DNA of 64,000 nt, from the NCBI GenBank assembly GCA_949299195.1, contig CASFZN010000018.1, positions 352,149 to 416,148 of the forward strand. Reading direction: 5' to 3'. Below are positions 19,033-29,370 of the stretch, in pieces (the stretch's first letter is position 1; the number at the start of each line of letters is the position of its first letter). A program made the position numbers and the translations under genes. Source of the DNA: an uncultured bacterium. GTDB taxonomy: Bacteria > Bacillota_I > Bacilli_A > RFN20 > CAG-826. The notes under the pieces are model-generated. The model was not told where the DNA came from. It worked only from the letters and a program-made list of their open reading frames with translations, and made no database searches.

Positions 19033-20244
19033 TTAGTTAGCGTAATTATCAAAGTAGCCTTGGATATAAACAATAGGAGTACCTTTATCGCCACTTCCGC
19101 TAGTAAGATCTGCTAAAGATCCAAGCAAATCAGTAATTTGGCGAGGAGTAGTACCTTCACTAACCATATTTCCAACTAAAGAAGCTTCTTTTTCTTTAAT
19201 CTTTTTAATCATTGCTTCTTTTAATTCTTCGCCATTTAAATCCTTAAATTCATTATCTGCTAAGAATTTAAGTTTTAATTCATTTGGAGTTCCTTTTAAT
19301 CCGCTTGTAAAGCCAGGAGAAACAACAGGATCTGCTAATTCCCAAATTTTACCTTGAGGATCTTTAAAAGCTCCATCTCCATAAACCATAACTTCAACAT
19401 GTTTAGAAGTTAATTCGAGTAATTTGGCTTGAACTTTTTCGACTAATTCTTGGCAATTAATTGGGAATAATTTGATCTTTTCCTCACTAGCTTTATTAGA
19501 ACCGAGCAATCCATAACTTGGATTATACCCACTATTATTAATTGATTCAGTTAAGATATCATCAAGCGAATAAACATTTTCTCCACCATTATTTAATAAT
19601 AATTTTTTGGTTCTTTTTCTAGTATGGATATCAGCATTAATTACATTTTTAGTATGTTTTAAAACTTCGAGTGGATTATTTGAGAAAATAATTTCAACCT
19701 CACTCCCAGATTCTTTAATTAAAGAAGAGTAGTACTCAACATAATCAACACCTGTAAATTCATGAACATTATTTTTAAACAATTCACGATATTTTTCTAA
19801 AGTTAAGGTATCAACATACGGATTAATTCCATGTTGATCTAAATCTTCAACCCTTACTAAGTGGTTACCTACTTCATCACTAGGATAAGATAAAACAAGT
19901 ACAATTTTTTTAGCAGCTAAAGCAATTCCTCTAAGTAAAATTGCAAATCTATTTCTTGAAAGAATTGGGAAAATAACGCCTAAATCATCGATTCTTTCAT
20001 CCTTTCCTTTATTAAATTTTTTTAATAAGTCATCTCTTATATCAAGAGTTGTAGCATAGTTACCTTGACTTCTAGCAACAATTGATTCAGTGATACAGAC
20101 TACGTCTTTATCATGAATCTCAAATCCTTCATTTTTAGAAGCTTCAATGATACTGGTTGTAACAATATCAATTAAGTTATCTCCTTCTTTAATAATTGGA
20201 GCTCTAATTCCTCTAGAAGTAACTCCGACTTTTCTTTCTGACAT
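19033..20244 (-). CDS. CofE-like (F420-0:gamma-glutamyl ligase family) protein, function unknown here
   Basis: C-terminal 'GTTPRQITDLLGSLADLTSGSGDKGTPIVYIQG' resembles the CofE/FbiB-N ligase fold; 403 aa. Confidence 0.5.
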   Translation of the reverse strand: MSERKVGVTSRGIRAPIIKEGDNLIDIVTTSIIEASKNEGFEIHDKDVVCITESIVARSQGNYATTLDIRDDLLKKFNKGKDERIDDLGVIFPILSRNRFAILLRGIALAAKKIVLVLSYPSDEVGNHLVRVEDLDQHGINPYVDTLTLEKYRELFKNNVHEFTGVDYVEYYSSLIKESGSEVEIIFSNNPLEVLKHTKNVINADIHTRKRTKKLLLNNGGENVYSLDDILTESINNSGYNPSYGLLGSNKASEEKIKLFPINCQELVEKVQAKLLELTSKHVEVMVYGDGAFKDPQGKIWELADPVVSPGFTSGLKGTPNELKLKFLADNEFKDLNGEELKEAMIKKIKEKEASLVGNMVSEGTTPRQITDLLGSLADLTSGSGDKGTPIVYIQGYFDNYAN

Positions 20245-20312
20245 ATAAAAATCCCCTCCTTTAAAACGCTTATGTTTTATTTATATATGCAAAGTTTATT
20301 TATCACTATTTA

Positions 20313-20906
20313 TTAGCTTTCATCGATATTTTCATCTTTTTTATCTCTAATAAATTTAATATCAGAATAGTATAACTTTTTTATTTTCTTAAATTTTCGT
20401 CTTTGGACAGGGGTAATTAAAAAGAAGACATCAGCAGCTTCCCAAATAAATACCCAACAAATAATTGAAATCACTTCACTCAAAGTAAAGTGAAAGACAT
20501 AATCGCTAATTAAATAAGCAATTAAAAAGATTATTCCAATAAAAAGAAGCGCTAATGAAATGAAATAATTTCTTCTTATTTCAATTTTTAATTCGCTTCC
20601 TTTATCAATGAATTCGTTTTTAAAGTTTTGTTTTAAAAATTCTTCTTCCACATTATTTATTGATTCATCTAAATGAACTCTTACTTCAAGTTTACTTTTT
20701 TTATCGGTATGGTGGGTGTTTTTAAATAGATATTCATAAATTTCATCATTTAGTTGGGATTTACCTGAATATTCTTCAAAAAGATTATCGCTTTTTAAAT
20801 ATAAATCGACGATTTTATCTTTAGAGGCTGCTCGATGGAGAATTTCATCAACTTTATCATCGATTTTTTCTTCGATATTTATGTTTTTTTCTTTTTCGTT
20901 TTCCAC
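20313..20906 (-). CDS. hypothetical membrane protein (two C-terminal TM helices)
   Basis: 197-aa ORF, charged N-terminal half, hydrophobic 'ISLALLFIGIIFLIAYLI' and 'VISIICWVFIW'. Confidence 0.4.
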   Translation of the reverse strand: MENEKEKNINIEEKIDDKVDEILHRAASKDKIVDLYLKSDNLFEEYSGKSQLNDEIYEYLFKNTHHTDKKSKLEVRVHLDESINNVEEEFLKQNFKNEFIDKGSELKIEIRRNYFISLALLFIGIIFLIAYLISDYVFHFTLSEVISIICWVFIWEAADVFFLITPVQRRKFKKIKKLYYSDIKFIRDKKDENIDES

Positions 20907-21202
20907 GTCTTTAATTATAAAGTAAATAAGAAAAAATGTTTAATATATTATTTTAAAAATTCTTACTTTTTGAAAATTAAGAATTTATGAACATTATTAA
21001 ATGTTATTTAATAATAAATCGAAACTCACCATTTATTATTAACCTAAATTAGTATAAAATTAGAGAGTTGTTGAAGGTAACAACAAATATTTTAATTAAC
21101 TTTAGAAAAGAATATTAGATTGGGTAATGAAGTATTAACTAATCTAATTAACAATAATTAATTTAGTAAAAAGTATTTTAAGTAGAAAATGAAGGAGAGT
21201 TT

Positions 21203-22252
21203 ATGACAAGAAAATACGTTTTTGGTTCAATCGCATTAGTTTTTGCATTATTAGCTTTTGGATGTCTATTTTTACCTTTTTATAATGCATACTTTAATGG
21301 AACAATTGGAAATAATACCCTTGTAGGAAGTATTAATGTAAGTGGTATTGCTTTTGCGTTAGGATTATATGTTAGCGGAACTGTTGATTTTGCAAATAGA
21401 CAATTCACCGCATACATGCAACCATCAGTTTTAATCGTTGCAATCTTAATTATTTTAATCATTGCTGCTTGTATTATTTCAATTGCATATAAAAATAAAT
21501 TAACTTTCTTATTCTGTATTTTAAATGTAATTATTTCAGGCGTTAGTTTATTAGTTGCTATTTTAGCATTTACTTCAACCCTTCATATTAGTGTTTCTAG
21601 TATGCCTGGATTTATAAATGAAACTATGGGTGTAGGAGCAATATTATGTGGTATTTGCTTACTTATTACCTGCATATTTGCCGTTTTACTTACAGTATTC
21701 ACCTATTTTGAATATAAATTCCAAATCGAACAAATCAAAAGAAAAGAATTACTTGCTAATCCAGAACTTGCTGGCGTTTTAAGCAATATGTCTTATCTTC
21801 CTTTCTTTAATGTTAAAGTTGAAGATATCGATACCTCTTTCTTAACCAAGCAAAAGGATCAAGAAAATCAAAATATTGCTCAAATTGGACAATTAAGTGA
21901 TGAAGAAATTAAAAAAGCACAAAAATTAGATAAAGAAACTAATTTAGAAGCTCATGTTGTCCGTGCAGAAGAAGCACAAGTTGGAGAACCTAACTTAGAA
22001 GAAACAATTATTGCTGGATCATATGAAGAAGATTCCATTGAAGCTAAAGAAATGGAAACAAAAGAAAATAAAGAACAAGTTAATTCCTTCATCAAAACTG
22101 AAAGGGTTAATAGCGAAGATGCTGATCCAAAAACTAAATTTGAATCTAAATTAGACGAATTAAAGAAATTATATGATTCAGGAATTATCAGCGAAGAAGA
22201 ATATAATTCCTTAAAAGATAAGCTTTTAAGAGAATATTTCAGTTCTAAATAG
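21203..22252 (+). CDS. membrane protein with C-terminal SHOCT domain
   Basis: 5-6 N-terminal TM helices; C-terminus 'KLDELKKLYDSGIISEEEYNSLKDKLL' matches SHOCT motif; RBS gaaggagag. Confidence 0.6.
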   Translation: MTRKYVFGSIALVFALLAFGCLFLPFYNAYFNGTIGNNTLVGSINVSGIAFALGLYVSGTVDFANRQFTAYMQPSVLIVAILIILIIAACIISIAYKNKLTFLFCILNVIISGVSLLVAILAFTSTLHISVSSMPGFINETMGVGAILCGICLLITCIFAVLLTVFTYFEYKFQIEQIKRKELLANPELAGVLSNMSYLPFFNVKVEDIDTSFLTKQKDQENQNIAQIGQLSDEEIKKAQKLDKETNLEAHVVRAEEAQVGEPNLEETIIAGSYEEDSIEAKEMETKENKEQVNSFIKTERVNSEDADPKTKFESKLDELKKLYDSGIISEEEYNSLKDKLLREYFSSK

Positions 22253-22274
22253 TTAGGGAGGAGACAAAAAGATT

Positions 22275-23660
22275 ATGAAAAGAAGATCAAAATTAATTAC
22301 AACCTTGCTTATTTCATCAATGTTAACAGGAATTACTTTAATTTCCTGCGGAAATTCATACCCATTCTATGAACCAATCGTTAATCAATATCGTGTTAGA
22401 TGGTTCTCAAACGAAGAATTAACAACACTTTTATATGAAACAACTGTTTGGGAAGGCGAAAATGCAACTTACCCATCAGATTTAGGAACTCCTACCTATG
22501 AAGGAACCGACCCAAAATATGAATGGACATTCACTAACTGGAGTCATTTAACCAACAATGTTACTGAAAATATGGATGTTTATGCTATTTTCACACCAAC
22601 ATTAAAAACATATACAATGACTTATTTAAAAGAAGATGATTCTGTTTATAAAACTTTAGAAGTTGATGCTGGCACAAAAGTTAGTGAAATCGAGCATCCA
22701 GCTGGACCTGCTAAAGATTCAGATAATCAATATTCTTATACCTTTAAGGCTTGGGAAACAACTGTTAGTAATGATTCAGAAGTTTTATCCGATTTAACAT
22801 TTACTCCTGTCTATGACAGAACTAACAGAGTTTATAAAGTTTATTTCATGAATGGTGATGGCACAGAGTTAGCTTCTCAAGAAGTTGAATATGGTGGTTA
22901 CGCAGAAATTCCAGAAGGAATTACTCCAACTTCAGTCGCGACTGCAAACACAGAAGATTACGACACCGAATTTACTAAACAATTTACAGGCTGGTCTCCT
23001 AACCCATTAACCACACCAATTACTCAAAATACTGAATTTAAGCCAACTTTCTCCGAAAACGATGTTACCGTTAGATCTTATCAAGGTAAAATTGTTGATG
23101 CTTACACGGCTTTAACAGAAAGCGAGCAAGACTATACCTATGGAACCGAACAAATTAAAGTCAAAGAATTAGATTCTGCTACTAGTGTTGATGAGGCTAG
23201 TGTTTCTAAAGTACATGTTAATTTTGGTTTTACTAATGGCGGAGCTAATCATCAAACAAGAGTATTTATTTATGAAGGAGAAGCAGAAGTTTCATTACAA
23301 TCAGGAGCATCCGATGCAACTTCTTCAGACGCCATCAGCGGTAAAATATCCTTCGTTTCTGTGTTTAATAAAAACGGCGTTCTTGATGAAGGAACAGATG
23401 TTATTTTTGAACAAACTCAATTTGAAAACCCTATAACTATGACTTGGGATAATTTAGATTTAAGTGTTAGTTCTTCAAACTTTGAATTACCATCTTATAC
23501 AAATGATTCTGTTATTAAATCAAATATTGATACTACCGGGTCATCCACTGACAATTACGAAGTATCTTTATATCATACTGCACGCGCAATTTACGCAAAC
23601 TTTGTTGAAGATGCTACTAACACTTTCTTCTCAAGCGTTAGCCTCAAGACACCTTATTAA
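22275..23660 (+). CDS. surface lipoprotein with repeated Listeria-Bacteroides (Flg_new-type) repeat units
   Basis: lipobox 'LISCG'; recurring 'Y.(W/Y)TF..W' units (KYEWTFTNW, YSYTFKAWE, FTKQFTGW); Thr/Ser-rich; RBS ttagggaggag. Confidence 0.6.
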   Translation: MKRRSKLITTLLISSMLTGITLISCGNSYPFYEPIVNQYRVRWFSNEELTTLLYETTVWEGENATYPSDLGTPTYEGTDPKYEWTFTNWSHLTNNVTENMDVYAIFTPTLKTYTMTYLKEDDSVYKTLEVDAGTKVSEIEHPAGPAKDSDNQYSYTFKAWETTVSNDSEVLSDLTFTPVYDRTNRVYKVYFMNGDGTELASQEVEYGGYAEIPEGITPTSVATANTEDYDTEFTKQFTGWSPNPLTTPITQNTEFKPTFSENDVTVRSYQGKIVDAYTALTESEQDYTYGTEQIKVKELDSATSVDEASVSKVHVNFGFTNGGANHQTRVFIYEGEAEVSLQSGASDATSSDAISGKISFVSVFNKNGVLDEGTDVIFEQTQFENPITMTWDNLDLSVSSSNFELPSYTNDSVIKSNIDTTGSSTDNYEVSLYHTARAIYANFVEDATNTFFSSVSLKTPY

Positions 23661-23667
23661 ATCAGAG

Positions 23668-23696
23668 ACATCCACAACTTGTGGATGTTTTTTTTA
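23668..23696 (+). terminator. intrinsic terminator after lipoprotein gene
   Basis: CATCCACAActtGTGGATG + T9. Confidence 0.7.
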
Positions 23697-23717
23697 CAAG
23701 AAGAAGTATTCACATTT

Positions 23718-23735
23718 AGTTTCCGCGCGGAAACT
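23718..23735. repeat. variant copy of the palindrome family (AGTTTCCGCGCGGAAACT)
   Basis: 18-nt perfect palindrome with CGCGCG core in place of CACGTG. Confidence 0.5.
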
Positions 23736-23869
23736 TTGTAAAATATTTAACGCTTACTTTAATACTTAGTAAGAAATAAAGTAAGCATTAAAATTAATGC
23801 AAGAATCTGTTTATTTTATTTTTTCGTTTCTCTATAATATTTTTTGATTTAGAAAAAGAAGGTTTTTAT

Positions 23870-25639
23870 ATGGATTTTTCAAGTTTAAGACACCAAACAG
23901 ATTCAAATTATTCTTATCCAAATAGTAATAATACAATTAACTTAATATTAGTAACTAAAAAGAATGATAATTTTAAGAAAGTCTTTCTTGTTTATCATGA
24001 AAAATATAAATTCACTAGAAGCGATGAACACTATGAAGTTGAGTTAACTTCTAAAGAAAGTGATGCATATAATGATTATTATAAAATCACGATAGCGGTC
24101 AATGATTTAAGATTTGGATACGTTTATAAATTTATAGATCATGATGATAAAATATATTACTATCATGAAAACGGAATTGAAAAAGAAGAGGACTTTAACT
24201 TTAAAGAAACTCATTATGATTTTTTCCAAGTTCCTTTCATTAATCCAATTGATGTAACAAGGGTTAATGAAAAGTTTAAAAATCGTGTATTTTATCAAAT
24301 TTTTGTAGATAGATTCTTTAGACCGGTTGATGCTAAAGAAAATACTAGAATTAATATTAAATGGAATGATAATAATGAAATTACTCCTAGAACTATTGCA
24401 GGAGGAACCTTAAAAGGAATTACTCAAAAATTAGATTATTTAAAAGAATTAGGTATTTCAGGAATCTATTTAACTCCTATTTTTGAAGCGTATTCTAATC
24501 ATAAATATGAAACGTACGATTATTATACGATTGCTAGTGATTTTGGAACTAAGGAAGATTTAAAAGAATTAGTAGAAAAAGCCCATAAATTAGATATTTT
24601 AATTGTACTTGATGGAGTATTTAATCACGTTGCTTTTTATCACCCTTTCTTTGAAGACGTTTTAACTTATGGGAAAGAATCTAAATACTATAACTACTTC
24701 ATGATTCATAATAATGATATAGAAGTAACCCTAAAAAAGAAAAATTTTGAAAGTTTTGGCTATGGTTTTCAAATGCCAAAACTTAATATGTCTAATCTAG
24801 AAGTGCAAGAATATTGTGTAAATGTTTTAAAGTATTATAAAAAAGAATTTAATATTGATGGATTTAGACTTGATGTAGCAGATGAAGTTGCTCATTCTTT
24901 TTGGAAATACGCTAATAGAGAACTTAAAAAGATTGATAAAGATAATTTCATGATTGCTGAAAACTGGCATGATGCACATTTATATTTAGATAATAACGAT
25001 GAATTTGATAGTGTTATGAATTATTCGTTGTTAAGTTATATTTTAAAATATGTTGCTGCTAATAAATTAACTAGTGAAGAATTTAAAAATGGATTAGTTA
25101 ACCTTAAATATCGCTATAAAGAGAATACCAATCATAACTTATTAAATCTTCTTGATAGTCATGATACTAAAAGATTTTTAAACTATTGTGATAAAAATGA
25201 AGATAAGTTTCTTTTAGGATTTTCCATTCTCTTTTTATGCAATGGCACCCCTATGATTTATTATGGCGATGAAACTGGACTAAGTGGAGAACACGATCCA
25301 CATTGTAGAAAGATGTTTAACCGGGAAGATACTGATGTCTATAATAAAAAAATAAGCGATAAAATGCGCAAAATTATCGATTTAAGAAATAAGGAACTAT
25401 TAAATGGATATGACTTTAAAATTGATTATATTAAAGAAAAAGATTATTTAGAAATTACTCTTTCTAAAGATGAAGGAAATAAGGTAATTAAAGCTTTAAT
25501 TAACTATAACTATAAGAATCCAAAAACTATTAATCTTATAGATTTAATTCCTAATACTTCTGAAATTCTTTATTCGTTAAATTATGATAATAAAGAAAAA
25601 GACCTATTTAATTTAGGAATAGTGGTATTTAAAAATTAA
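23870..25639 (+). CDS. GH13 alpha-amylase family enzyme (neopullulanase / cyclomaltodextrinase-like)
   Basis: GH13 regions 'YQIFVDRFF', 'DGVFNHV', 'GFRLDVADEV', 'LLDSHDTKR'; N-terminal domain typical of CDase/neopullulanase; 589 aa. Confidence 0.8.
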   Translation: MDFSSLRHQTDSNYSYPNSNNTINLILVTKKNDNFKKVFLVYHEKYKFTRSDEHYEVELTSKESDAYNDYYKITIAVNDLRFGYVYKFIDHDDKIYYYHENGIEKEEDFNFKETHYDFFQVPFINPIDVTRVNEKFKNRVFYQIFVDRFFRPVDAKENTRINIKWNDNNEITPRTIAGGTLKGITQKLDYLKELGISGIYLTPIFEAYSNHKYETYDYYTIASDFGTKEDLKELVEKAHKLDILIVLDGVFNHVAFYHPFFEDVLTYGKESKYYNYFMIHNNDIEVTLKKKNFESFGYGFQMPKLNMSNLEVQEYCVNVLKYYKKEFNIDGFRLDVADEVAHSFWKYANRELKKIDKDNFMIAENWHDAHLYLDNNDEFDSVMNYSLLSYILKYVAANKLTSEEFKNGLVNLKYRYKENTNHNLLNLLDSHDTKRFLNYCDKNEDKFLLGFSILFLCNGTPMIYYGDETGLSGEHDPHCRKMFNREDTDVYNKKISDKMRKIIDLRNKELLNGYDFKIDYIKEKDYLEITLSKDEGNKVIKALINYNYKNPKTINLIDLIPNTSEILYSLNYDNKEKDLFNLGIVVFKN

Positions 25640-25646
25640 GTATTAT

Positions 25647-25690
25647 AAAAACCCTATAAACTGGTTATCAGCTTATAGGGTTTTATTTTT
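25647..25690. terminator. bidirectional terminator between convergent amylase and nrdD
   Basis: aaaaCCCTATAAactggttatcagcTTATAGGGtttt. Confidence 0.55.
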
Positions 25691-25712
25691 TAAAACTTAG
25701 TATTTATTCCTA

Positions 25713-28148
25713 CTATTTTTCAATTTCATCGATATAATCGACAATTTTTGATAAGGAAGTAATGGTTTCTTCTTTTCCATTATTAACAACTAATAATGTT
25801 GGAGCACTCATTACGTGATATTTAGAAACTAAATCTTCACTCTTAGATGCATCAATTTCTTCAAATTCAATGTTCTTTTCTTTAAAGATATCTTCAACCA
25901 TCTTACAGTTACTACATGTTGGAGTAACAAATAATTTATATTGGATGTTTCCATCTTTTGTATTATCGACATCTAATTTGACATCATGTTCAACACCTTT
26001 ATTTTCATTAAAGATAGGAGAAGAAGTTTTAATTTCTTCGATAGGTCCTTTATGTTTTAAAACTGAAGTATTGATGTTGTAAGTTTTTCTTTCTTTGAAT
26101 TCTTGGCTCTTACCAACATTCCAGTTTTGAACTGGGCGGTAATATCCAGTAATTCTAGAATAAACTTCAGTTTTTTGATGACAATGAGGACATTCATAGC
26201 GTTCACCAATTAAGTATCCATGTTCTTTACAAACAGAATATGTTGGAGACATGGTGTAATAAGGAAGTTTATAATTTTCAGCAATCTTTCTGACTAAATT
26301 AGCTGTTGCTTTCCAATCTGGTAATTTTTCACCTAAGAAGGTATGGAAAACAGTACCAGAGGTGTAAAGAGTTTGTAATCTATCTTGAATATCAAGGGCA
26401 CTAAAGACATCGTCAGTATAAGAAACTGGGAGGTGAGAAGAGTTGGTGTAATATGGTCTTCCATCTTCCATTCCGCTAGTAATAATATCTTTAAATCTTT
26501 CCTTATCATGTTTTGCTAATCTATAGGCTGTTGATTCAGCTGGAGTAGCTTCAAGGTTATATAAATCTCCGTATTCTTCTTGATATTTAACAAGTCTTTC
26601 TCTCATGTGATTTAAAACATTAACAGCAAAATCTTGAGCTTCTTTATGAGTTAAATCACATCTTAACCATTTAGCATTTAAACAGCATTCATTCATACCG
26701 ACAAGTCCAATAGTAGAGAAGTGGTTATTGAATGTTCCTAAATAGTGTTGAGTATAAGGATATAAGCCAGCCTCTAAGAGTTTAGTGATGACTTCTCTTT
26801 TCATCTTTAAGCTTCTTGCGGCAACATCCATTAAATGATCAAGTTTTTTATAGAACTCTTCTTCGTTATTAGATAAATATGCAAGTCTTGGTAAATTGAG
26901 CGTAACAACACCAACACTACCTGTAGATTCGCCACTTCCAAAGAAGCCGCCTGATTTCTTTCTTAATTCTCTTAAGTCGAGTCTTAATCTACAGCACATA
27001 CTTCTAACATCGCTTGGTTCCATATCACTATTGATATAGTTAGAGAAATATGGAGTTCCGTATTTAGCGGTCATTTCAAATAATAATTTATTATTTTCAG
27101 TTTCACTCCAGTCAAAATCTCTAGTAATAGAGTAAGTAGGAATTGGATATTGGAAGCCTCTGCCATTAGCGTCGCCTTCAATCATGGTTTCAATAAATGC
27201 TTTATTGACCATATCCATTTCTTTTTTACAATCCTTATATTTATAAGGCATAAGTTTTCCGCCAACAATACAGTATTCTTCTGCTAAATCTGGTGGAACA
27301 ACCCAGTCGAGGGTAATATTTGTAAATGGAGCTTGAGTTCCCCATCTAGATGGGATATTTAAACCAAAAACAAAGGATTCAATGCATTTTTTGGTTTCTT
27401 CATAAGTTAAGTTATCTTCTTTAACAAATGGAGCTAAATAGGTATCAAAAGAGGAGAATGCTTGAGCACCAGCCCATTCGTTTTGCATAATACCAAGGAA
27501 GTTAACCATTTGGTTACAAAGGGTTGATAAGTGTTTTGCTGGAGCACTAGTGATTTTACCTCTAACTCCGCCTAAACCTTCTTTAATTAATTGTTTTAAA
27601 CTCCAACCAGCACAATATCCACTTAACATTGATAAATCGTGTAAATGAATATCAGCATTACGGTGAGCGTTAGCAATTTCTTCGTCATAAACTTCATGTA
27701 ACCAGTAGTTTGCAGTAATTGCACCACTATTTGATAAAATTAAGCCACCAATTGAATATGTGACAGTTGAGTTTTCTTTAACTCTCCAGTCGATATTGTT
27801 TAAGTATTGGTCAACTGTTTTCTTATAGTCTAAAGTTGTTTCTTTAATATTTCTGATATTTTCGCGATTTTTTCTATATAAAATATAGCTTCTAGCAACA
27901 TCACTATAGCCAGCTTCCATTAAAGTTTCTTCAACTAAATCTTGGATTTGTTCAACTGTAATAAGTGAAGAATCGGTTTTAGTTGGGAATTTGGAAGTAA
28001 CTTTTAAAGCTAATAAATCGATAATATCTTCATCAACTCTACGATCTACTGATTCAAAAGCTTTTTTAATAGCATTACTGATTTTGTTAAGTTCAAAGTC
28101 AACAGTTTTGCCATCTCTTTTAACGACTTTAATCTTGGTATAGCTCAT
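25713..28148 (-). CDS. nrdD: anaerobic ribonucleoside-triphosphate reductase (class III) with N-terminal ATP-cone and extra C-terminal glutaredoxin/NrdH-like CxxC domain
   Basis: ATP-cone 'KVVKRDGKTVDFELNKI'; 'CCRLRLDLRELRKKSGGFFGSGESTGSVGVVTLNLPRLA'; Zn-site 'CKEHGYLIGERYECPHCH'; glycyl-radical 'SRITGYYRPV'; then 'LFVTPTCSNCKMVEDIF...VMSAPTLLVVNNG'; RBS aaaaaaggagaaatt. Confidence 0.9.
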   Translation of the reverse strand: MSYTKIKVVKRDGKTVDFELNKISNAIKKAFESVDRRVDEDIIDLLALKVTSKFPTKTDSSLITVEQIQDLVEETLMEAGYSDVARSYILYRKNRENIRNIKETTLDYKKTVDQYLNNIDWRVKENSTVTYSIGGLILSNSGAITANYWLHEVYDEEIANAHRNADIHLHDLSMLSGYCAGWSLKQLIKEGLGGVRGKITSAPAKHLSTLCNQMVNFLGIMQNEWAGAQAFSSFDTYLAPFVKEDNLTYEETKKCIESFVFGLNIPSRWGTQAPFTNITLDWVVPPDLAEEYCIVGGKLMPYKYKDCKKEMDMVNKAFIETMIEGDANGRGFQYPIPTYSITRDFDWSETENNKLLFEMTAKYGTPYFSNYINSDMEPSDVRSMCCRLRLDLRELRKKSGGFFGSGESTGSVGVVTLNLPRLAYLSNNEEEFYKKLDHLMDVAARSLKMKREVITKLLEAGLYPYTQHYLGTFNNHFSTIGLVGMNECCLNAKWLRCDLTHKEAQDFAVNVLNHMRERLVKYQEEYGDLYNLEATPAESTAYRLAKHDKERFKDIITSGMEDGRPYYTNSSHLPVSYTDDVFSALDIQDRLQTLYTSGTVFHTFLGEKLPDWKATANLVRKIAENYKLPYYTMSPTYSVCKEHGYLIGERYECPHCHQKTEVYSRITGYYRPVQNWNVGKSQEFKERKTYNINTSVLKHKGPIEEIKTSSPIFNENKGVEHDVKLDVDNTKDGNIQYKLFVTPTCSNCKMVEDIFKEKNIEFEEIDASKSEDLVSKYHVMSAPTLLVVNNGKEETITSLSKIVDYIDEIEK

Positions 28149-28232
28149 AAATTTCTCCTTTTTTATAGTTAACCCTTTATTTTTAATATACCTATTTGCC
28201 TACTATTCTTTTCTTAAATAAGCATACATTTA

Positions 28233-28937
28233 TTAATCAATGCCTCTTAATTCACACGGAATTGAGTATTCATCAATAACGATTCTTTTAAATTCTTCTA
28301 AGATTTCTTTATTCCGTGAAGAATATCCCTCTTTGACGATATTAAATTCATTCTTTTTGAATTGTTGGAGGAAATATCTTTTACTTCCTTTTAACAATTC
28401 TCCAATTTTTCTAATATCTCCATGACTATGTAATTCCTTAACGATAGTGGTTCTAAATTCATAGTCGATATCGCTATTTTTAATATATTCTATTGAGGAA
28501 GTGATGTTTTTGATGCCGATTTCATTTAATCCAACTGTAGTATGATATTTTTCTAAAGAGTTTTTAATATCCATAGCGATATAATCAACAAGTTTTAGAT
28601 CAATAATCTCTTTTAATTTGGAAAACAAGTAGCCGTTGGTATCTAACTTAACTTTATATCCTAATTCTTTAACTTTTTTTATAAATGGAATTAGATCTTT
28701 TTGAAGTAAAGGCTCTCCTCCAGTGATACAGATTCCATCCAATAAACCAACTCTTTTCTTTAAAAAGTCTAAGATTTCACTTTCATCAATGATTTCGTTA
28801 TTAGAGGGAGCTATAACGAGTGACGAATTGTGACAATATGGACATCTAAAGTTACAACCGTTAGTAAAGAAGGTAGCAGCTGTATATCCTGGAAAGTCTA
28901 ATAAAGTTAATTTTTGATAACCTACAATTTCAATCAT
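28233..28937 (-). CDS. nrdG: anaerobic ribonucleotide reductase activating protein (radical SAM)
   Basis: 'FPGYTAATFFTNGCNFRCPYCHN' CxxxCxxC; 'ITGGEPLLQ'; immediately upstream of nrdD on the same strand. Confidence 0.85.
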   Translation of the reverse strand: MIEIVGYQKLTLLDFPGYTAATFFTNGCNFRCPYCHNSSLVIAPSNNEIIDESEILDFLKKRVGLLDGICITGGEPLLQKDLIPFIKKVKELGYKVKLDTNGYLFSKLKEIIDLKLVDYIAMDIKNSLEKYHTTVGLNEIGIKNITSSIEYIKNSDIDYEFRTTIVKELHSHGDIRKIGELLKGSKRYFLQQFKKNEFNIVKEGYSSRNKEILEEFKRIVIDEYSIPCELRGID

Positions 28938-29370
28938 TTTCTTACTTTCTATCTAAAATAGCGGATATAAAAGTATCTTTAACAGTTCTTAAAATTGAGA
29001 GTTAAATAAAAATTAATGTTTTTATTTTATTATTCTTAATTTAAAGCAAAGCTAAAATTACTTTACGTTCAATATTGTATCTCAAAAAAGAAAATAGATA
29101 AAGATATTTGCTTACAAATTTTTTCAAGTTTTAAATATTTTAACAATTATTGTTAAAATATTTATTTTCAATTTATCGCATTATTTTTTCATTAAATTTC
29201 TTTTAAAAAAATCGGTAAAAAATTCTTCAATTTTTAGTGGTAGTTAATTAGTGAATAACTAGTAGTTTTCTAGTAGTTTTCTAGGAGCAAATTGGGTAAA
29301 AAATTAGGAGTTAGAAAAAACTTATAGAAAAATTAGCGACAATATATTATTATTATGGGGCTAAAGATAT

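Noticed and set aside
21280-25600. short overlapping ORFs 21280-21462(-), 23185-23436(+), 23464-23769(+), 24107-24298(-)
   Set aside because: Lie inside or antisense to the SHOCT, lipoprotein and amylase genes, or span a terminator; no independent support.
28938-29370. NrdR boxes upstream of nrdG-nrdD
   Set aside because: Only a loose 'CAATATTG' match at about 29073; no pair of 16-bp acaCwAtATaTwGtgt boxes with the expected spacing was found.
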